Positions 26,578 to 39,950 of a stretch of 64,000 nt of DNA are shown piece by piece (position 1 is the stretch's first letter; each line of letters starts with the position of its first letter). The stretch is from NCBI GenBank assembly GCA_013265495.1, contig MU061579.1, positions 2,973,319 through 3,037,318 on the forward strand, given 5' to 3'. The notes under the pieces were generated by a model that made no database searches, was not told the DNA's origin, and was given only the letters and a program-made list of their open reading frames with translations. The position numbers and the translations under genes were made by a program. This DNA is from Vicugna vicugna. Taxonomy: Eukaryota.

Positions 26578-27129
26578 TGTTTTCTCAATTTTTAAATTTA
26601 ATTTTAATGAAAGAAAGTTGAAAGACTTTTGAAATGTGGTTTTTTTCATCTAGTTATACACAGGTTTTGGGTTTTTTTTAAATTTTATTTTATTTTATAT
26701 GTTGGCTTGGGTATCCCAGAAATTATTTTCAACTTGTTTCTTAGTATTTTTAATAAATTGTTCCCAAATATTCTTCTAATTATTTGACTATAAATATATT
26801 CTGTCTCCTGGATTTGTGTTTGTGGCTTATTCTCTTTCTCTCTCTCTTTCTGTTTTTCTCTCTCTAACCATTTTAATTTGTCTTGCTTTAGATTCTAGAA
26901 GGCTTTTTTTTTAGAGTCTTTATAATCTGACTAGAATATTTAAAGTCTGAATAATCTTTAAGTAATTGCTGTCTTTATAGAATTTTTAAATAATGTCAAT
27001 GTATTCTGCTAGTTTAACTTGATATCTATATTTTCTGTTCATTTCAAATACTTCAAGCATAATTTTGTTCTCCATGTGGTAGTTTTTTTTTAATCAAATA
27101 GATTTTGTCTTCAGGGCTGCCAACTCATT

Positions 27130-27262
27130 CCCCCCCCCCCCAGTTTGTTTAGGGGGGAGGTAATTAGGTTTATTTATTTTTTAATGGCGGTAGTGAGGAT
27201 TGAATCCAGGACCTCATGTATGCGAAGCATTCACTTTATCACTTGAGCTATAATCTATCCCC
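27130..27262 (-). mobile_element. tRNA-derived SINE, Vic-1-type
   Basis: GGGGGGAGGTAATTAGGTTTATTTATTT, GGATTGAATCCAGGACCTCATG, CACTTGAGCTATA. Degenerate TSD TGCCAACTC (27118) / TGCCAATTC (27263). Confidence 0.88.
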
Positions 27263-27729
27263 TGCCAATTCTTGTTTTACACACTCAATGGCTTATTGCT
27301 TAGGCCATTTACATAATAAGGTGATTTTTATTCTTAAATGTGGTTTCTCATTTTGACTTACATCATATCTTCATATTTTTAAGAGCATATCATTGTCTCT
27401 TTCGGTGATCTTTTTTACTGTTTTCTCATCTATGTAGGGAAAGTCTGGGAAGAATTTTTCCCTTGTGATGGATGTTGACTTGGATTTTGACAATTTCCTG
27501 AGTACTTTTTTTGCTTAATCAATAAAATAATTACAGACTTAGATTTACTTTTAAAGCCATCTGATATCATTTTTTAGTTAACGCTGATTAGAATTCTTAT
27601 CATCAAAATGCATATGATGACAAAAATATATAAATAACAAAACACAAGTAATAATTACATGCAATTATAATATATATGATTTAATGCTTAGAAAATATCT
27701 AATACTTATTTATATCTAACACTTAGAAA

Positions 27730-28830
27730 ATATATTAGATATCTCCACAGAAAGGTGTCCATTTTTTCAAAATTCTGTGGACATACATCCAAGAAAGATT
27801 TTTAGAATTTGTTGTGTATGAATATTTCCTATGAAATAGGAAAGCATGATCAATATACAATAACCTTAATTAAAATGGTAGAGTACTGAATCATCTGTAG
27901 GCAATTGATAAAATATAAGAAAATAGCCTGAACAATATATGAGTTGAATATATGTTAAATAAGACTATCATGTAAGTAGGAAATATATTGTTTATTAATA
28001 ATTTTTGAAAAGAAACTAATTATCATATGATCACTCAAAATATATACCAGTTAAGTTAGAGCTGAATATAAAATTAAGAGCATGAAACAACCAGATTCAA
28101 ATTTTAACTATAATTTATCAAAAATCAGTTTGAGAAAACATATCATAAGTTTAAAAGATATAGAAGTGTTCTAGAAGAAAATTGTGCACCTATTACTACC
28201 ATTTAAAAATGTGCAAATAAAACATTCAAAGAGATAAAAGTGACATAATATTTTGAAAAATTAAGAGGTAAATAATGTTAATTATGTATTTGAAAACATC
28301 AAATGAATGTCAACACTGGTTGAAAAACTGTGAAAATGAAATAAACAGGCATTTCACAAAGAAAACAATACTAGTAATTAGAAGACGAACATATAAATAA
28401 TACATATTATTTTCACAATACATTTGCTAAATGTTTTAATAACATAAATCTTAATGCTGGGAGTTTCTGATTAGCTGAACTAATCAATAAAATGTAGATT
28501 AAAAATAATTACATATTTAAACAACTTTGCAAGGTTTTCAAAAATAGCAAACATCAACAGAGATAAGGATATTGAATAGTCTGTCTCTTTAAATGCTGTT
28601 TAAATTATAATTTAAAAAAATTTTATACAATTTAACAAGAATCATACAAATGTTTATGCTTCTCAACATAATGTCCCTTCTAGAATTCTGATCTAACATA
28701 ATTTATTATATATACAAAAATTCATTTGCAAAACTTTATCACAGATTTATTTACAGTAGTCAAACATTGTTTCCAACACTGAATATTTCAAAAAAAGAAT
28801 TTATAAGTACATTGTGATTGCTTGATTTTT
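27730..28830 (+). mobile_element. Old L1ME-type ORF2 3' region, degenerate
   Basis: AAACAGGCATTTCACAAAGAAAA, CCCTTCTAGAATT, TTATCACAGATTTATTTACAGTAG. Strongly A-rich on the + strand. Confidence 0.6.
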
Positions 28831-29899
28831 TTAAGAGCCTAATAAGTAATTTGTCATCTTCCGTACTAGAATTAGGAACCAATTGAGAAATAAAAAAGGA
28901 GACTGGCAAATGGAAATCAAAATTATCTGCATTTTAAATAATAGGCCTTAGATCTGCAGGAAACAAGAATTAGACAAATTCGGCCACTCAGGCACTATCT
29001 GATATTTGTAGGCCTCTGTAGGAAAAGGGCTGCTTTTCTTTTTTTTTTACTGCGTACAAATGGAAGATTATGACACATAATATACGTATACAAGTAGGTA
29101 TCAAAAGATATCCCGTAAATTGCTGAGCCACCATACAGGCCCTGCTTTTTTCTCTCAACTTTATGAATTTGTTGGAACAATAAGTGAGGAGAGGTACCAT
29201 AATAGAGACTCCTCCTGCAGAGAAACATGAAGGAAAGAAAAAACAAGACACCCCAAATAATAGTACATAATAGCACATAATAATAGAATGAAACCTGCCA
29301 GAAGTCATAAATAAATACGCAGAACATTGTTAACCCCATGCTAATATAATGCACAGTAAAAATTCGGGGACCCTAAATTAAACCTACAATTTGAATTTAG
29401 CACTGTAAGCATGTAGTTACAAAGAAATTATTAATAAATACCAAATAACACCATTTATTTGCTCTTTCTGATGGAATTGCCTTAAACTTTGCTTGCTTCT
29501 TTAAATTTTAATTATTAAAAATAAATACATATGCATTTGAAAGTCCAACAAAATTTGGGATAGCCTAATGAAATATAATAAATACAATTCCTCTGTTTTC
29601 CTTTACTGTTTTTCTCTGAGAGATTTTCTATGCTTACGTACTTTTATGTTTTAGTTAATGATTTTTGTTCATATTGTAGTCTGTTCTTTTTTTATTGATT
29701 TTTTATTTCTTCATGCAGTTTCCATTTACATTGTGCTGTTTTGCCAGTGACACAAAATGAAGCTTGGAAAGAAAGTTACTTCTTGACAGAAAAAAATAAA
29801 AGAATGCCCTGAAAGTCTAAACTTCAGTGCATCATCAATGAGGGCAATAGTTAAGTGATTCTTTGTAGAGCACATCCCCAAAATAACTTCTGTAATTTA

Positions 29900-29919
29900 A
29901 TAGATAAATAAATAAATAA

Positions 29920-29950
<31 letters not shown>

Positions 29951-30024
29951 TATATATATATAAAATAAGATACATATATATCTAGTAAATACACACACAC
30001 ACACACACACACATACACATACAC
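29900..30024. repeat. Compound microsatellite (TAAA)n-(TA)n-(CA)n-(TA)n...(CA)n
   Basis: Directly visible in the sequence. Confidence 0.97.
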
Positions 30025-30642
30025 AAGGCAGATCTAGAAAAAAAGTAATTTAAATTTTCTAGATGATTGAGGATAGTGAGAAATTATTTTAGCAGAAGCA
30101 GCAAAACTACCAGAACTTTTCAATGTGGAAGGACGAAATTGAAAAGGAATTAATCGAATGTGAATAGGCACTATCTAGCAAGGTGATCTTGGATTAAACC
30201 CATGATCAATCCAGAGCACACTCTGAAAATCTGAATTAGTCACCACTGCAGATCTCAGTACTTTGTGTTGTAGAATGATGTTATACCCAGATACCGTCTA
30301 AGCTCTCATCCACTTTTAAAACTCTGTTTCTGGCATATCAGCACATCTAAGGAAGGGAAAGGAGTCTCATTCTTTTTTTTTTTTTTCTTTTTCTCTCCTT
30401 TTGCCTTGTAAAGCTTGTGATAGTTGGAAGCCTTCAGCAAATCTAAGGTGATACAATATGAAAATTCACATATTAGTTTAACACATTCCAGACAACTAGA
30501 ATTAGCTACTGAAGCTTGAGAAAGCTATACTTAGAAATGAAAAGTGATTTTCCTAACAAGGAAATTCATTTAAAGAAAATGTTATTGTCCTCTTGTGTAG
30601 TAAGTATATAAGTTGATTTTTGAAAAAAAAATAGTAGTAATA

Positions 30643-30857
30643 CAGTTGACCCTAGAACTACATGTGTAGTTCCATTTACACTGGATTTCTTTTTTCAGTA
30701 TTCATTATCACAGTAGTACAAGATCTTCAGTTGGATGCAGAACTGCAGATATGGGAGAACCTCATATACGGAGGGAAAACTATAAATTATTTATACAGCC
30801 TTTCCACTGCATAGAGCTTTGGTGGCCCTAACTCCCAAGGTGTTCAAAAGTCAACTG
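30643..30857 (+). mobile_element. Tigger-family MITE, MER8-like, full length
   Basis: Terminal inverted repeats CAGTTGACCCTAGAAC / GTTCAAAAGTCAACTG, flanked by TA duplications at 30641-30642 and 30858-30859. Confidence 0.92.
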
Positions 30858-31534
30858 TAATTTATTGATAGGAATTAAAAAGTAATATCGAGAAGATTAT
30901 CTCTAATGTTCAACAGCATACTTATTAATGCCTATGCCACCATTCAACCGACAATTGGCATCCATTATTTGATAGATCATAATCTAAATACTGAATATAT
31001 AGCCCTTAACTTTGGAGAATGTGTTGTTTAGATGACATTAATCTGAAGTATTCTTAGAGATGGGATTATAATCTCCAAATGATCTGAAATTATTTGAATT
31101 ATATTCTTACATTATCAAGCCAACTTTTGAGCAAATATAATAATCTCATAATATCAGTAATTAGACAAAACCCTAAATACTTCCCTGCTAAGCCATACTA
31201 AAAAAAGTGTTTTAAAATAAGTTCACAAGGGCTTTGAGGATCAAAGTAAAATAACAGGACCTTTGCCATGATAAGTACTAAAAATTTATGTTGACAATAA
31301 TGATCAAAATATTTTGATAATTCAGTAAAGGATATATGCACTGTTAACTGATTCCTCAAATAAAATATTATATTTATAATGAAATATTGAGAATTATAGC
31401 TAAGTATAGGAAGAAAGGATGAGAGAATGTAAAAAGAAGGGAAGATACATTATCTTTACTATTCTCCTGTAATATATTTTAAAATTTTTATTTGTCCTTT
31501 CTCACTTAGCATTTCAGTCCTGTTAATTTTTTTA

Positions 31535-31635
31535 ACATGTGAATACTGTGAAGCCTGTGAATATGCCACATTTTTCTCTGTATCCTCTGCACCTAGACTA
31601 AGACTGGATAAATAGTAAGTGCTCAACAAAATTTT
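31535..31635 (+). mobile_element. L2 3' end
   Basis: CTGTATCCTCTGCACCTAG and ATAGTAAGTGCTCAACAAA. Confidence 0.65.
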
Positions 31636-33427
31636 ATGACTATGGTGAACAAAATAATTACAATTTTAACTTGCTTTTGTGTACCATTTTTAGTTTACAT
31701 GCTCCATCCACTATGTCTTTTCTATTTTGATAACCATAGTAATAAACAATCTAAACTCTTTGATAAGAAAGATAATCATAACACTAAGATATTTATGAAT
31801 TTATTCATTAAAATGTGGAGGAATTTAAGGAAGTATATTGCAGGACCAAAAGCAATATTTATAAGGTTGTTGAGAAATACTGTCCATACTGAAAAGAGAT
31901 ACTTTAAACCTTTATTAGAATTAAGGAAATTATAGTTTAATATTTTGAGTCATAAATATGATTCTAAGTAAATAGAGGAAGAGTGAGAGAGAAAAAGAAT
32001 AAACTACTTGTATATTTTAAATTTAAATAAATTTCACAAGCTGCTTTCAAAATACTTCAACCTAATTAACATTACCTTATTTTAATAATTTAAACAAATG
32101 CTTAAATTTTCAAAATCAGTAGACTTCCTAGGTATGTTGGTATCTGATGAGGCACTAGCATATGTTGAATTGTGATTATTTCTAGCACAGCAATAACCAT
32201 GCTTAGAATAAAAAAATTTAACTCTCTAGGAAAATAATTCAAACATGATAGAACCACAAAAAAAATAATTTCCAGTATTTTACTTATTATAAATTTATTA
32301 AAATACTCACCCATTTTTTAATTATAGAGACAAGAAAATGTTTACCTAAGAGCACATTTTAATTATTCTCAATAATCTAAGGAATGGACATTTGTCATGC
32401 TTTTTAAGGCTATATATTTAAATATTTTTCCTCATATACTCAACTATATCAAAAAATCTTTGGTGATTTCTGTATGTAGAAAAGCCACACATTTTAAGTA
32501 AAGTCGGAAAAGATAAATATAAGAGAATACTAGCCCATGAGGAAAAGTCTGGTCAGATATTATTCACTCTCTTTTTAAATTTGTTGAGGAGGAACAATGA
32601 CTTTGTATATATTTAGACAGGATTTAGAGTTAGAGAAACTCTAAAACATATTTTTTGAAAAAACCCTTTATTTAAAGGGAATACATTGAAGTAAGTTATC
32701 TGACAAGGGTAAAGGTATTCCCTGAGTTATGACATGAAAGATGAAATGATATCATTTCCTGTGAAACTGATAATATCAGCAAAGACAATTTTTTATGATT
32801 TTTAAATGACTTGCAATAGTGGTGCCTGTGAGTGATGTATTCATTTTCTAGAATCACCTGAATCTGTTACTGCGAAGTCAAGTTATCATGAATTTTAATG
32901 TTCAGAATAAGACTTCTTACAAAGATGGAACGTAGTAATAAAGAAGTTTATGCCACAAATAGCTTGATTGCTTGGAGTCTGCCACTTTCCCAACATTTTG
33001 TTTTCCTCATTTTTTAGACAAAGAAACCAAAGACATGTTGCACATCATATTAAAAACCCTGTCCATATTCTTCAGCAGGACAGGAAGAAATACTTCCACA
33101 AGTCAAATGCAGCCAAAGACTGCATTCAGATGTGTCCAATCATCAGTGCTCCCCAGGTGAAAGGATCACTTTTCTCACTTTTGGTTATGACTTGCTTATT
33201 GATTTAGCATTAGCCAGGCTAGATAAAGAATACCTTAGTGTAAATTATCACCAAAACTTGTGGATCCATTTCCTCTGAATATATGAAATTATTCAAAACC
33301 ACCAAATACTTTCTGCCAATATTTAACTGAACATTAACTTTTTTGATTTAGAAGGGAGGAAATTGATTATGTGTAGAACTGGATCTATCAGTAAAGTTAA
33401 CTGCAGTTAAATTGGATATAAAGATTC

Positions 33428-33868
33428 TGTCAGTTTGAGTGATACGGGAAAGAATTAAAAGTGCAAAAACTTTGAAGGGGGAACATCTGTGACTGGTAAA
33501 GGGGAGGAGGTATTGGAGCAGGCAAGGAAATCCTTTAGTGTACAATGCAGGTAGTCAACCTACCCACAGAGTGGTGGAATAAAAGAAGATTTAGTACTAG
33601 GGACCTCAGACTGCAGTTCATTTATGAGAATTTCACAGCCAGGTCAATGGAGGATCTCAGAGCAAAGAGTGCCCATTACAGGAGCTTGTACCCTACTTGG
33701 GTGACAATGACCTGGAATCTGGTACCCTGGCCATGCTGTGTCAGTGAACATCTTGAATGCATAGATTTGGCATGAATGTTCCAGACTGACACTGCCAGGT
33801 AACTACATGGTTCTCAGCAAGTTCTTTCTGAAAGAAGACAGAGGTGGCTGTCTTCCATGGCTTTCACA
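33428..33868 (-). mobile_element. ERVL solo LTR, LTR33-family
   Basis: CCTCAGACTGCAG, CAGCCAGGTCAATGG, CAGAGCAAAGAGTGCCCATTA and GGTACCCTGGCCATGCT, ending TCCATGGCTTTCACA. Confidence 0.8.
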
Positions 33869-34297
33869 GATACACTGGTTGAAATACAGAGTCATCATTT
33901 TTCTTGATATTATGAAATTATTAGCATGACTTTATATGTGATAATAAATGCTTATTATTTAAAATTTTAAGTCATGATTTTTTTTTAACGTTGATCAGTC
34001 TTTAGATTAAAAAAAACCAAATTAACTCTAATTTAACACATATTAGCTGTTAGGTCCTTCCCACCCACAATGAGTCCTCTGATAATATGATTAATGCTTT
34101 TCATTTGAAAAATGGCTCAGTGGGCTCACAGTCAAATTTGAGTGGTTGATACACTCACTGTGATTGTTTTACTAGTATGTGAACTGAAGGAAACAAAGGA
34201 AAACCTGGCAGCTGTAATACAAGAGAAGAAAATCAATCAGAAGTACCTCCTTTCTGTCCTCTTTGTCACCCTTGCCTTGTATATATCGGCATCTTAC

Positions 34298-34585
34298 TGT
34301 CTTTGGTTGGGTTCTCCTGAAGCAAGATTTAAGACGAGAAATCAAGTAAGGACTGATTTGTTAGAAAAATGTTTCCAGGAAAAATCTGAAAGAGGAGTGA
34401 AGAAATGGGGCAGGAAAGCAAAAGACACCAAGTAAAGAGACATTATTAAGCAGTGTCCCACAGGGGGTCGTTTGGGTTCAATCCCACGTGGAGAAGAGCA
34501 CTGGAGACCCTCTGCCTTACACCTCAGGGTTGACTCATTAGTAGGGGAGAAAGTTTGCCTGTCTCCCCCTGAGTCAGTCATTACG
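34298..34585 (-). mobile_element. ERVL LTR fragment, LTR16-like
   Basis: Start TGTCTTTGGTTGGGTTCTCCTGAAGCA, then TTGGGTTCAATCCCAC, ACACCTCAG and GTCAGTCATT. Confidence 0.65.
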
Positions 34586-34597
34586 ACCCAAGAGCTT

Positions 34598-35039
34598 TTT
34601 AAAAAGATAATATTGAAATTCTAATCCGCAGTACTGGTAAGTGTGACCTTATTTGGAAATATGGTCTTTGTGATGTTATCAAACTAAAATTAGGTCATAC
34701 TGAATTAAGGTGGATTTTTAACCAATATGATCAGTGTCCTTATAAGAAGAGGAGAAGAGAGAGACACAAGAAGGGAGAACACCACCACCATGTGATGACA
34801 GAAGCAGGGCTTGAAGTATGGTGACCACCAGCCAGGAGCACAGCATACTGCAGGCAGACCACCAGAAACTAGGAAAAGGCAAGGAGAAACTCACCCCTAG
34901 AGGTTTCAGAGGGCACAGGGCTCCTCCATCACTTTGATTTTGGAATTTTAGCTTCCACATCTGTGATAGAATAAGTTTATGTGATTTTAAGCCACTTATT
35001 TTGTGACACTTTATTACAGTTAGGAAAAAAACAAATACA
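34598..35039 (+). mobile_element. MaLR LTR, MLT1C-like (5' tip missing)
   Basis: GTGTGACCTTATTTGGAAATATGGTCTTTG, GTGTCCTTATAAGAAGAGGAGA and CACCAGAAACTAGG, ending AATACA. Confidence 0.9.
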
Positions 35040-35543
35040 AATGTTTAGTACAAAATAGATGAAAAATCAAAATTTGCTGAGTAAATGAAGAAATTATTGA
35101 AAGACAGAAAGAATGACTCCAGTTTTCATTGAACTGTGGAGTCATAAACTCGGAAACTAAACACTTTATTATACTAGGCATTCAGCAAATCTTTGTTTAT
35201 TAAAAAGAGAATGGATGACTTAGTAAATACTGTGTTACTCCAAATATCTCTCCCATATGCAAATGGTTTGCCTGTGAAGTATTTTCATAAAATAATGAAT
35301 CTATATGTCCACCAAAAATTGTTTCCAGACTAAATGAATAACCTCTCTAGTGAATGTTATAAAATGAATATTTTATATAAGTTTATTTTGATTAATAAAA
35401 TATGTATCACATATTAATGTGTTAATAGTAGCTTTTATCATTTGTATGTTTCTTTATTTTATAGATGCTGAAAACAACTTCCTCTTATCTGCTGGGAGCC
35501 TGAATTTATTATTTTGTCCTTTACTTTAGAAATGAGTACTTGA

Positions 35544-35676
35544 CTATAATGAAAAAGAATATGTAAAGGAATCTATGTGTGTATATGTCTGACTGAAACA
35601 TTATGCTGTACACTAGAACTTGACACAACATTGTAATCTGACTATACTTCAACTTAAAAAAAAACTGCAAAAATAA
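35544..35676 (+). mobile_element. Young, severely 5'-truncated artiodactyl/camelid L1 3' end
   Basis: GACTGAAACATTATGCTGTACACTAGAACTTGACACAACATTGTAATCTGACTATACTTCAA plus an A-rich tail. Perfect 16-bp TSD AGAAATGAGTACTTGA at 35528-35543 and 35677-35692. Confidence 0.92.
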
Positions 35677-38600
35677 AGAAATGAGTACTTGAATATGAAA
35701 AAAATGGGGGTCACTATGACCAGAGACCACAGATAACATGTGAAGTACAAAAATGGTAAATATTATGATTTGACTCTCTTGATCATATGAGAATCTCTTT
35801 ATGATCTACAGCTTGAGAAAACTGGATTTAAAGTAGCATTTCTTCTTGACTGAGATGTTACCTGTAAAAATGCACCCACAAGAAGTTGTTTAAAAGATAC
35901 ATTTTTTTAGATGAGATTATTTAGACATTTAAACACTGATGAATCTCTGACCCAAACAATAATTTTAGTTGTATCTTAAGCAAACCCTGGATCATGGTAA
36001 TAAAAAATACTATCAACAGGAAGAAATTAATATGCTTTGCTTTTTGCCATGATGAGTGTATTAATGCATCTAAATGATTTTAAAGTCTTAATAAAATTTG
36101 GAAATATCACCAGTCATAAATTAATTTGAATGGGAGATAAAAAAGGGACAACATAATTTTTAATTGGAAGAGGTCAGCCCTCCCTACATACAGTCTTTGA
36201 GGATAATTAATAATCTGATATTTATAGATTTATATGAGATTAACAGTGTGATATTGGATGCTACAAAGTGTTCTCTGTAATGTCTCAGGTAAGTCTTACC
36301 AATATTTACTGATAGTAAATATAAAAGAGTGATCTAAAGAAAAAGGCTTTGAATAGAATTGGCCAGAAAATCAACTTAAATACGTGTTATTTTGTCTGTA
36401 CATTCTTCCAAAGCTTTTCAATGTCTTCTGGGGATGTGGCACTCTCAATTTGCAAAGGCCTTATCACCGCTGTATGAAATTTTTGGCCCCAGAAGGTGTA
36501 TGAGTTTATAACTCTGGTACAAAACCTACCTTGCTTAGCACTTAGTAAGAAATAAGACTGAGTCATCTTCGTCTGCCTTCACTCCTGTGACCGTTCAACA
36601 TTTGAAAGGCTGTTTATTGCAATAACAATATCAGAATCTGGGAAAGTAAAGGTTATATATTTTTAAGTATATTATACATTAAAACTGAAGAAACCACACT
36701 CAAATCCACACTAAGAGAACATCTCTGGTGAGCTAACTCCTATTAACAAGCAAGAATGGGAGGTTTTAAATCTTGACAAAAATTCACAATTGATTTAAAT
36801 CTTTTTAAAAATAAATAGATATAAATATATATAGCTATTTGGATACTTCAAAATGGGTAAGGATGCTGGAAGGCAGCTAGAGAGATTTCTAAAACTTCCC
36901 AAATGCAGACATATAATACATAAAAGATAAATTTGTTAATCAAAGAAAGTGTATGGGTCAAAAAGTGCCTCCTGCAGATACTTTATTCTTGGGATCAATA
37001 TGCTAGAAAATGCCTTTGTTATTATCTCAAACACAAAACTGACATCCAGAGAAATCTATTTTAACACAATGTTGTTTAAATATGTTGTTTATAAGGCACT
37101 GAAAATATTGAGTGCCTGTCTCTGAATCCATCTTAAAATGGATTTTAATGCTATTATTTGGTCTCACTTACAGATTGTGATGCATCCCAGATCGGGGGCA
37201 GTTGACATCATATGCCCACATTTCAGGACTCAAGATGGACCAGAGAATTATCCAGGCAGCCGTACTACTGATGTAGAGAATTTTTTTTAAGCCCCACCCC
37301 TCCCTTACTTCTATAGCATATTCTAAATTAGCTTTGAGATATTAGACTTCTGTCATTAACTGTAATTGCTGCTGTTTAATTCTCTCCTGACCACACAGCA
37401 GATGGTCCCATGTGCTGCCTCAGCCCTGTTTGTCCTCTCGAGGCCTGAATTTCTCTATATTTCAAGTGTCAGCTTGGCTTCTGAGTCATCTCTTACAGCT
37501 TGCTGCTGGAATGTAACCAGTAACTTAGGGATTTATTGTCCACCTAGTGATTTTCCCATAGAAAGTCATGACTCAAGTTGGAAAATTCAAAGTAAGTGAT
37601 TTCCAGAGAAGATGTTCATAAATTTTCTTTCTTTAATAACCTTTTCTGTTTTAAATACATAGTAATTACAGAAAAAGCATGAAACAGCACAGCAAACAGC
37701 TCCAGTGATGCTAAGAACAAAGACAAACATTGATGAGCTGAAGGTGGGAAAACATGTAGAAGGGGTAACACGGCTGCCAAGTTCCATCAAGGAGCAGGCA
37801 GCGATAGCTCAGAATTTGGCATTTGCAGGATAAAAGAACTCAAACTCCTTCAAAGGTGGAAGTGAGCCAGAAAGCTATTTACAGAGCCTGAGTATGTGTT
37901 CCCATCGTGAAAAAGAAGTCTGATGAAAAACAAAAACAGATCAACTGTTTCCAATTCCCTAATACTACAGATTTTAGCAAGCTGTTGGCCCCGTGAAGCA
38001 GGAGGACTCACGCGTGGCTATGCTCAGGAAGTAAAGCAAGCTGCCTACTGGCTTTTTGATTAGGTCTATATTATCCCCAATGCCACTGTAGGCAGGAGCT
38101 GGGAAGTGGCATCTGGGATGCCAGGGAAGAGCACAGGCAGGATGGGGGAGACCACAAAACTGTTGCCATGAAAGGGGGATTACAGTAGGAGAAAAGGAGA
38201 GAAACACCAGGAAGAAATAATTGCTCAGAAACAAAACTGAAAGTATTGCTAAACATCTACCAACACCTTTGGAAATTAAAGGTAAACCTTTTTAGACATA
38301 ATCATCTCTGACTGTTTGCATACTACTTACGTATTACCCTCTGAAAGACATCAAAGGATGGCATTACTTGGAAATAAGTAGAAATACAAAAGAGTCTAAG
38401 AGATTTCTTTGATTAAAGAAAAGATCCATGTGGGGGATATGTAGAAGACAGATAAATACATAAAAGATGAAGTGAACTTCTTGTAAACAATTAGTCAAAT
38501 ACTATTGATTCACCATATTCAAATGCAAAAAAGGATATTTTATGAGGAATGGAATGCATGAGTCCGTGATGGGGATTAATTTCATATTCAAAGTTATTTG

Positions 38601-38859
38601 GTGAGAATATAATAAATCTAAGCTGAAAAGAGTTCTTTAGAGTCTAGAAAAATTATCTGGTTGCCTTGGAGATGGAAGGACATTTGAGAAGATGACTCTG
38701 TGGGAGATGGCTTGTCACACACTCCTCAGGTTTACAAATGCAAAGTTAAACATCCCCTTAATTCTCACCCACAGAGACAGAGCAGGAGAATTTTTCATCT
38801 ATGTGTAACTTTCGTAAATGGTTCTGACCATAATATTGTGATTCTTTTGAGGCTCTTTT

Positions 38860-38940
38860 TTAGCACGAGCCACATTCACCAAGGTGTCCCTGGTGCAGTC
38901 TGTGGCACATAGGGTGTCAGTTAATTTTGGTTGAATGAAT
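38860..38940 (+). mobile_element. L2 3' end
   Basis: GTGGCACATAGGGTGTCAGTTAATTTTGGTTGAATGAAT. Confidence 0.7.
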
Positions 38941-39631
38941 ATCTTTCCAGAAGAAATTACTTCCAAAAAAGGTGAATAAAGACTTTTGCCTAAAGAGTGG
39001 TTTGTTTTGTGACTGAGTGTACTAAACAAGAAGAGTAGAGGAGCTTAAATCTCTGAAGCAGTTCTTGAGGAAAAGACAAGTGAAGTGAATCGCGTACTTT
39101 GCTTTAACCATTACCTGATTGCATCATAATCCACACACTTACTGACTGATCCTGTCCTGTTCTTTCAACAAATGCTTCCTGACCCCTTACTGTGTGCTGG
39201 GAATTGGGCCTGTCAGTCAGTAAATATTTCTCAAATCTGAATTTGTAAACAAAATAGTGACCAGCCAGGTTTTGGAACATGTGGGCTCTGATCCCAACAG
39301 TGTGAAGTGTTATGGATAAGTCATGGAATATCACCTTTAATCTGTGCCTTGCCTGTCACATGCCAAAAAAATCATTCTAATAAGGGAATATATTAAAAGA
39401 TAACATTTTTTGTACCAAATATCAGGATAATCTAGAATAAACTATGAGGAAATTCTCACCTCCATACACACCCATACACACATTTACCATTCTAAAAGTG
39501 AACTAATAACGATTAATATTAAAATAATACTAATAAATTATAAAATCTGAAATAATTGTTTTCAGTGTAGCTATTATTTTACAATGGAGTAAAACATACG
39601 TCCTCACGTGTAAATCTATTTGAAAGGATAC

Positions 39632-39950
39632 TGTCTTAGAACAAATTTCCAGAGGCAAAGACTGTGATATTTTTTGGTGCAGGGAGTGTGGCAAGGAAGG
39701 GGTGGGAGTTTTCACAGATGAAGGGAAGTTTAAGCCTGATCCCAGGGGGGAGCCACAGAGCACAAATTGTACAACAGAGATGGTCTCACCTGAAGGCAAG
39801 GGAGCCAGCCCCTTCATTTCCCTGGCCATGTTCTTCTGAGGGAAATGTCAGGTGCAGTGTTTCTGGGAAGGGTGAGGGTGGGTGGGGTGGGAGGTGGTGT
39901 CTTTCTCTTTGAGGCATCATTCAAAGGGACCCGTAGTATCCATCACCACC
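39632..39950 (-). mobile_element. ERVL LTR, LTR33-like
   Basis: TGTCTTAG start, then AGCCTGATCCCAGGGGGGAGC, AATTGTACAACAGAGATGGTCTCACCTGAAGGCAAGGGAGCCAGCC. Confidence 0.75.

Noticed and set aside
37201..37221. VDIICPH peptide identical to an ephrin-A1 motif
   Set aside because: It is only 7 residues and the flanking translation does not continue the ephrin sequence, so it is most likely chance.
37590..38300. Possible L1/HAL1 5' UTR on the + strand
   Set aside because: Only a TTCCAGAGAAGATG start-like motif and purine skew support it, which is too weak to call.
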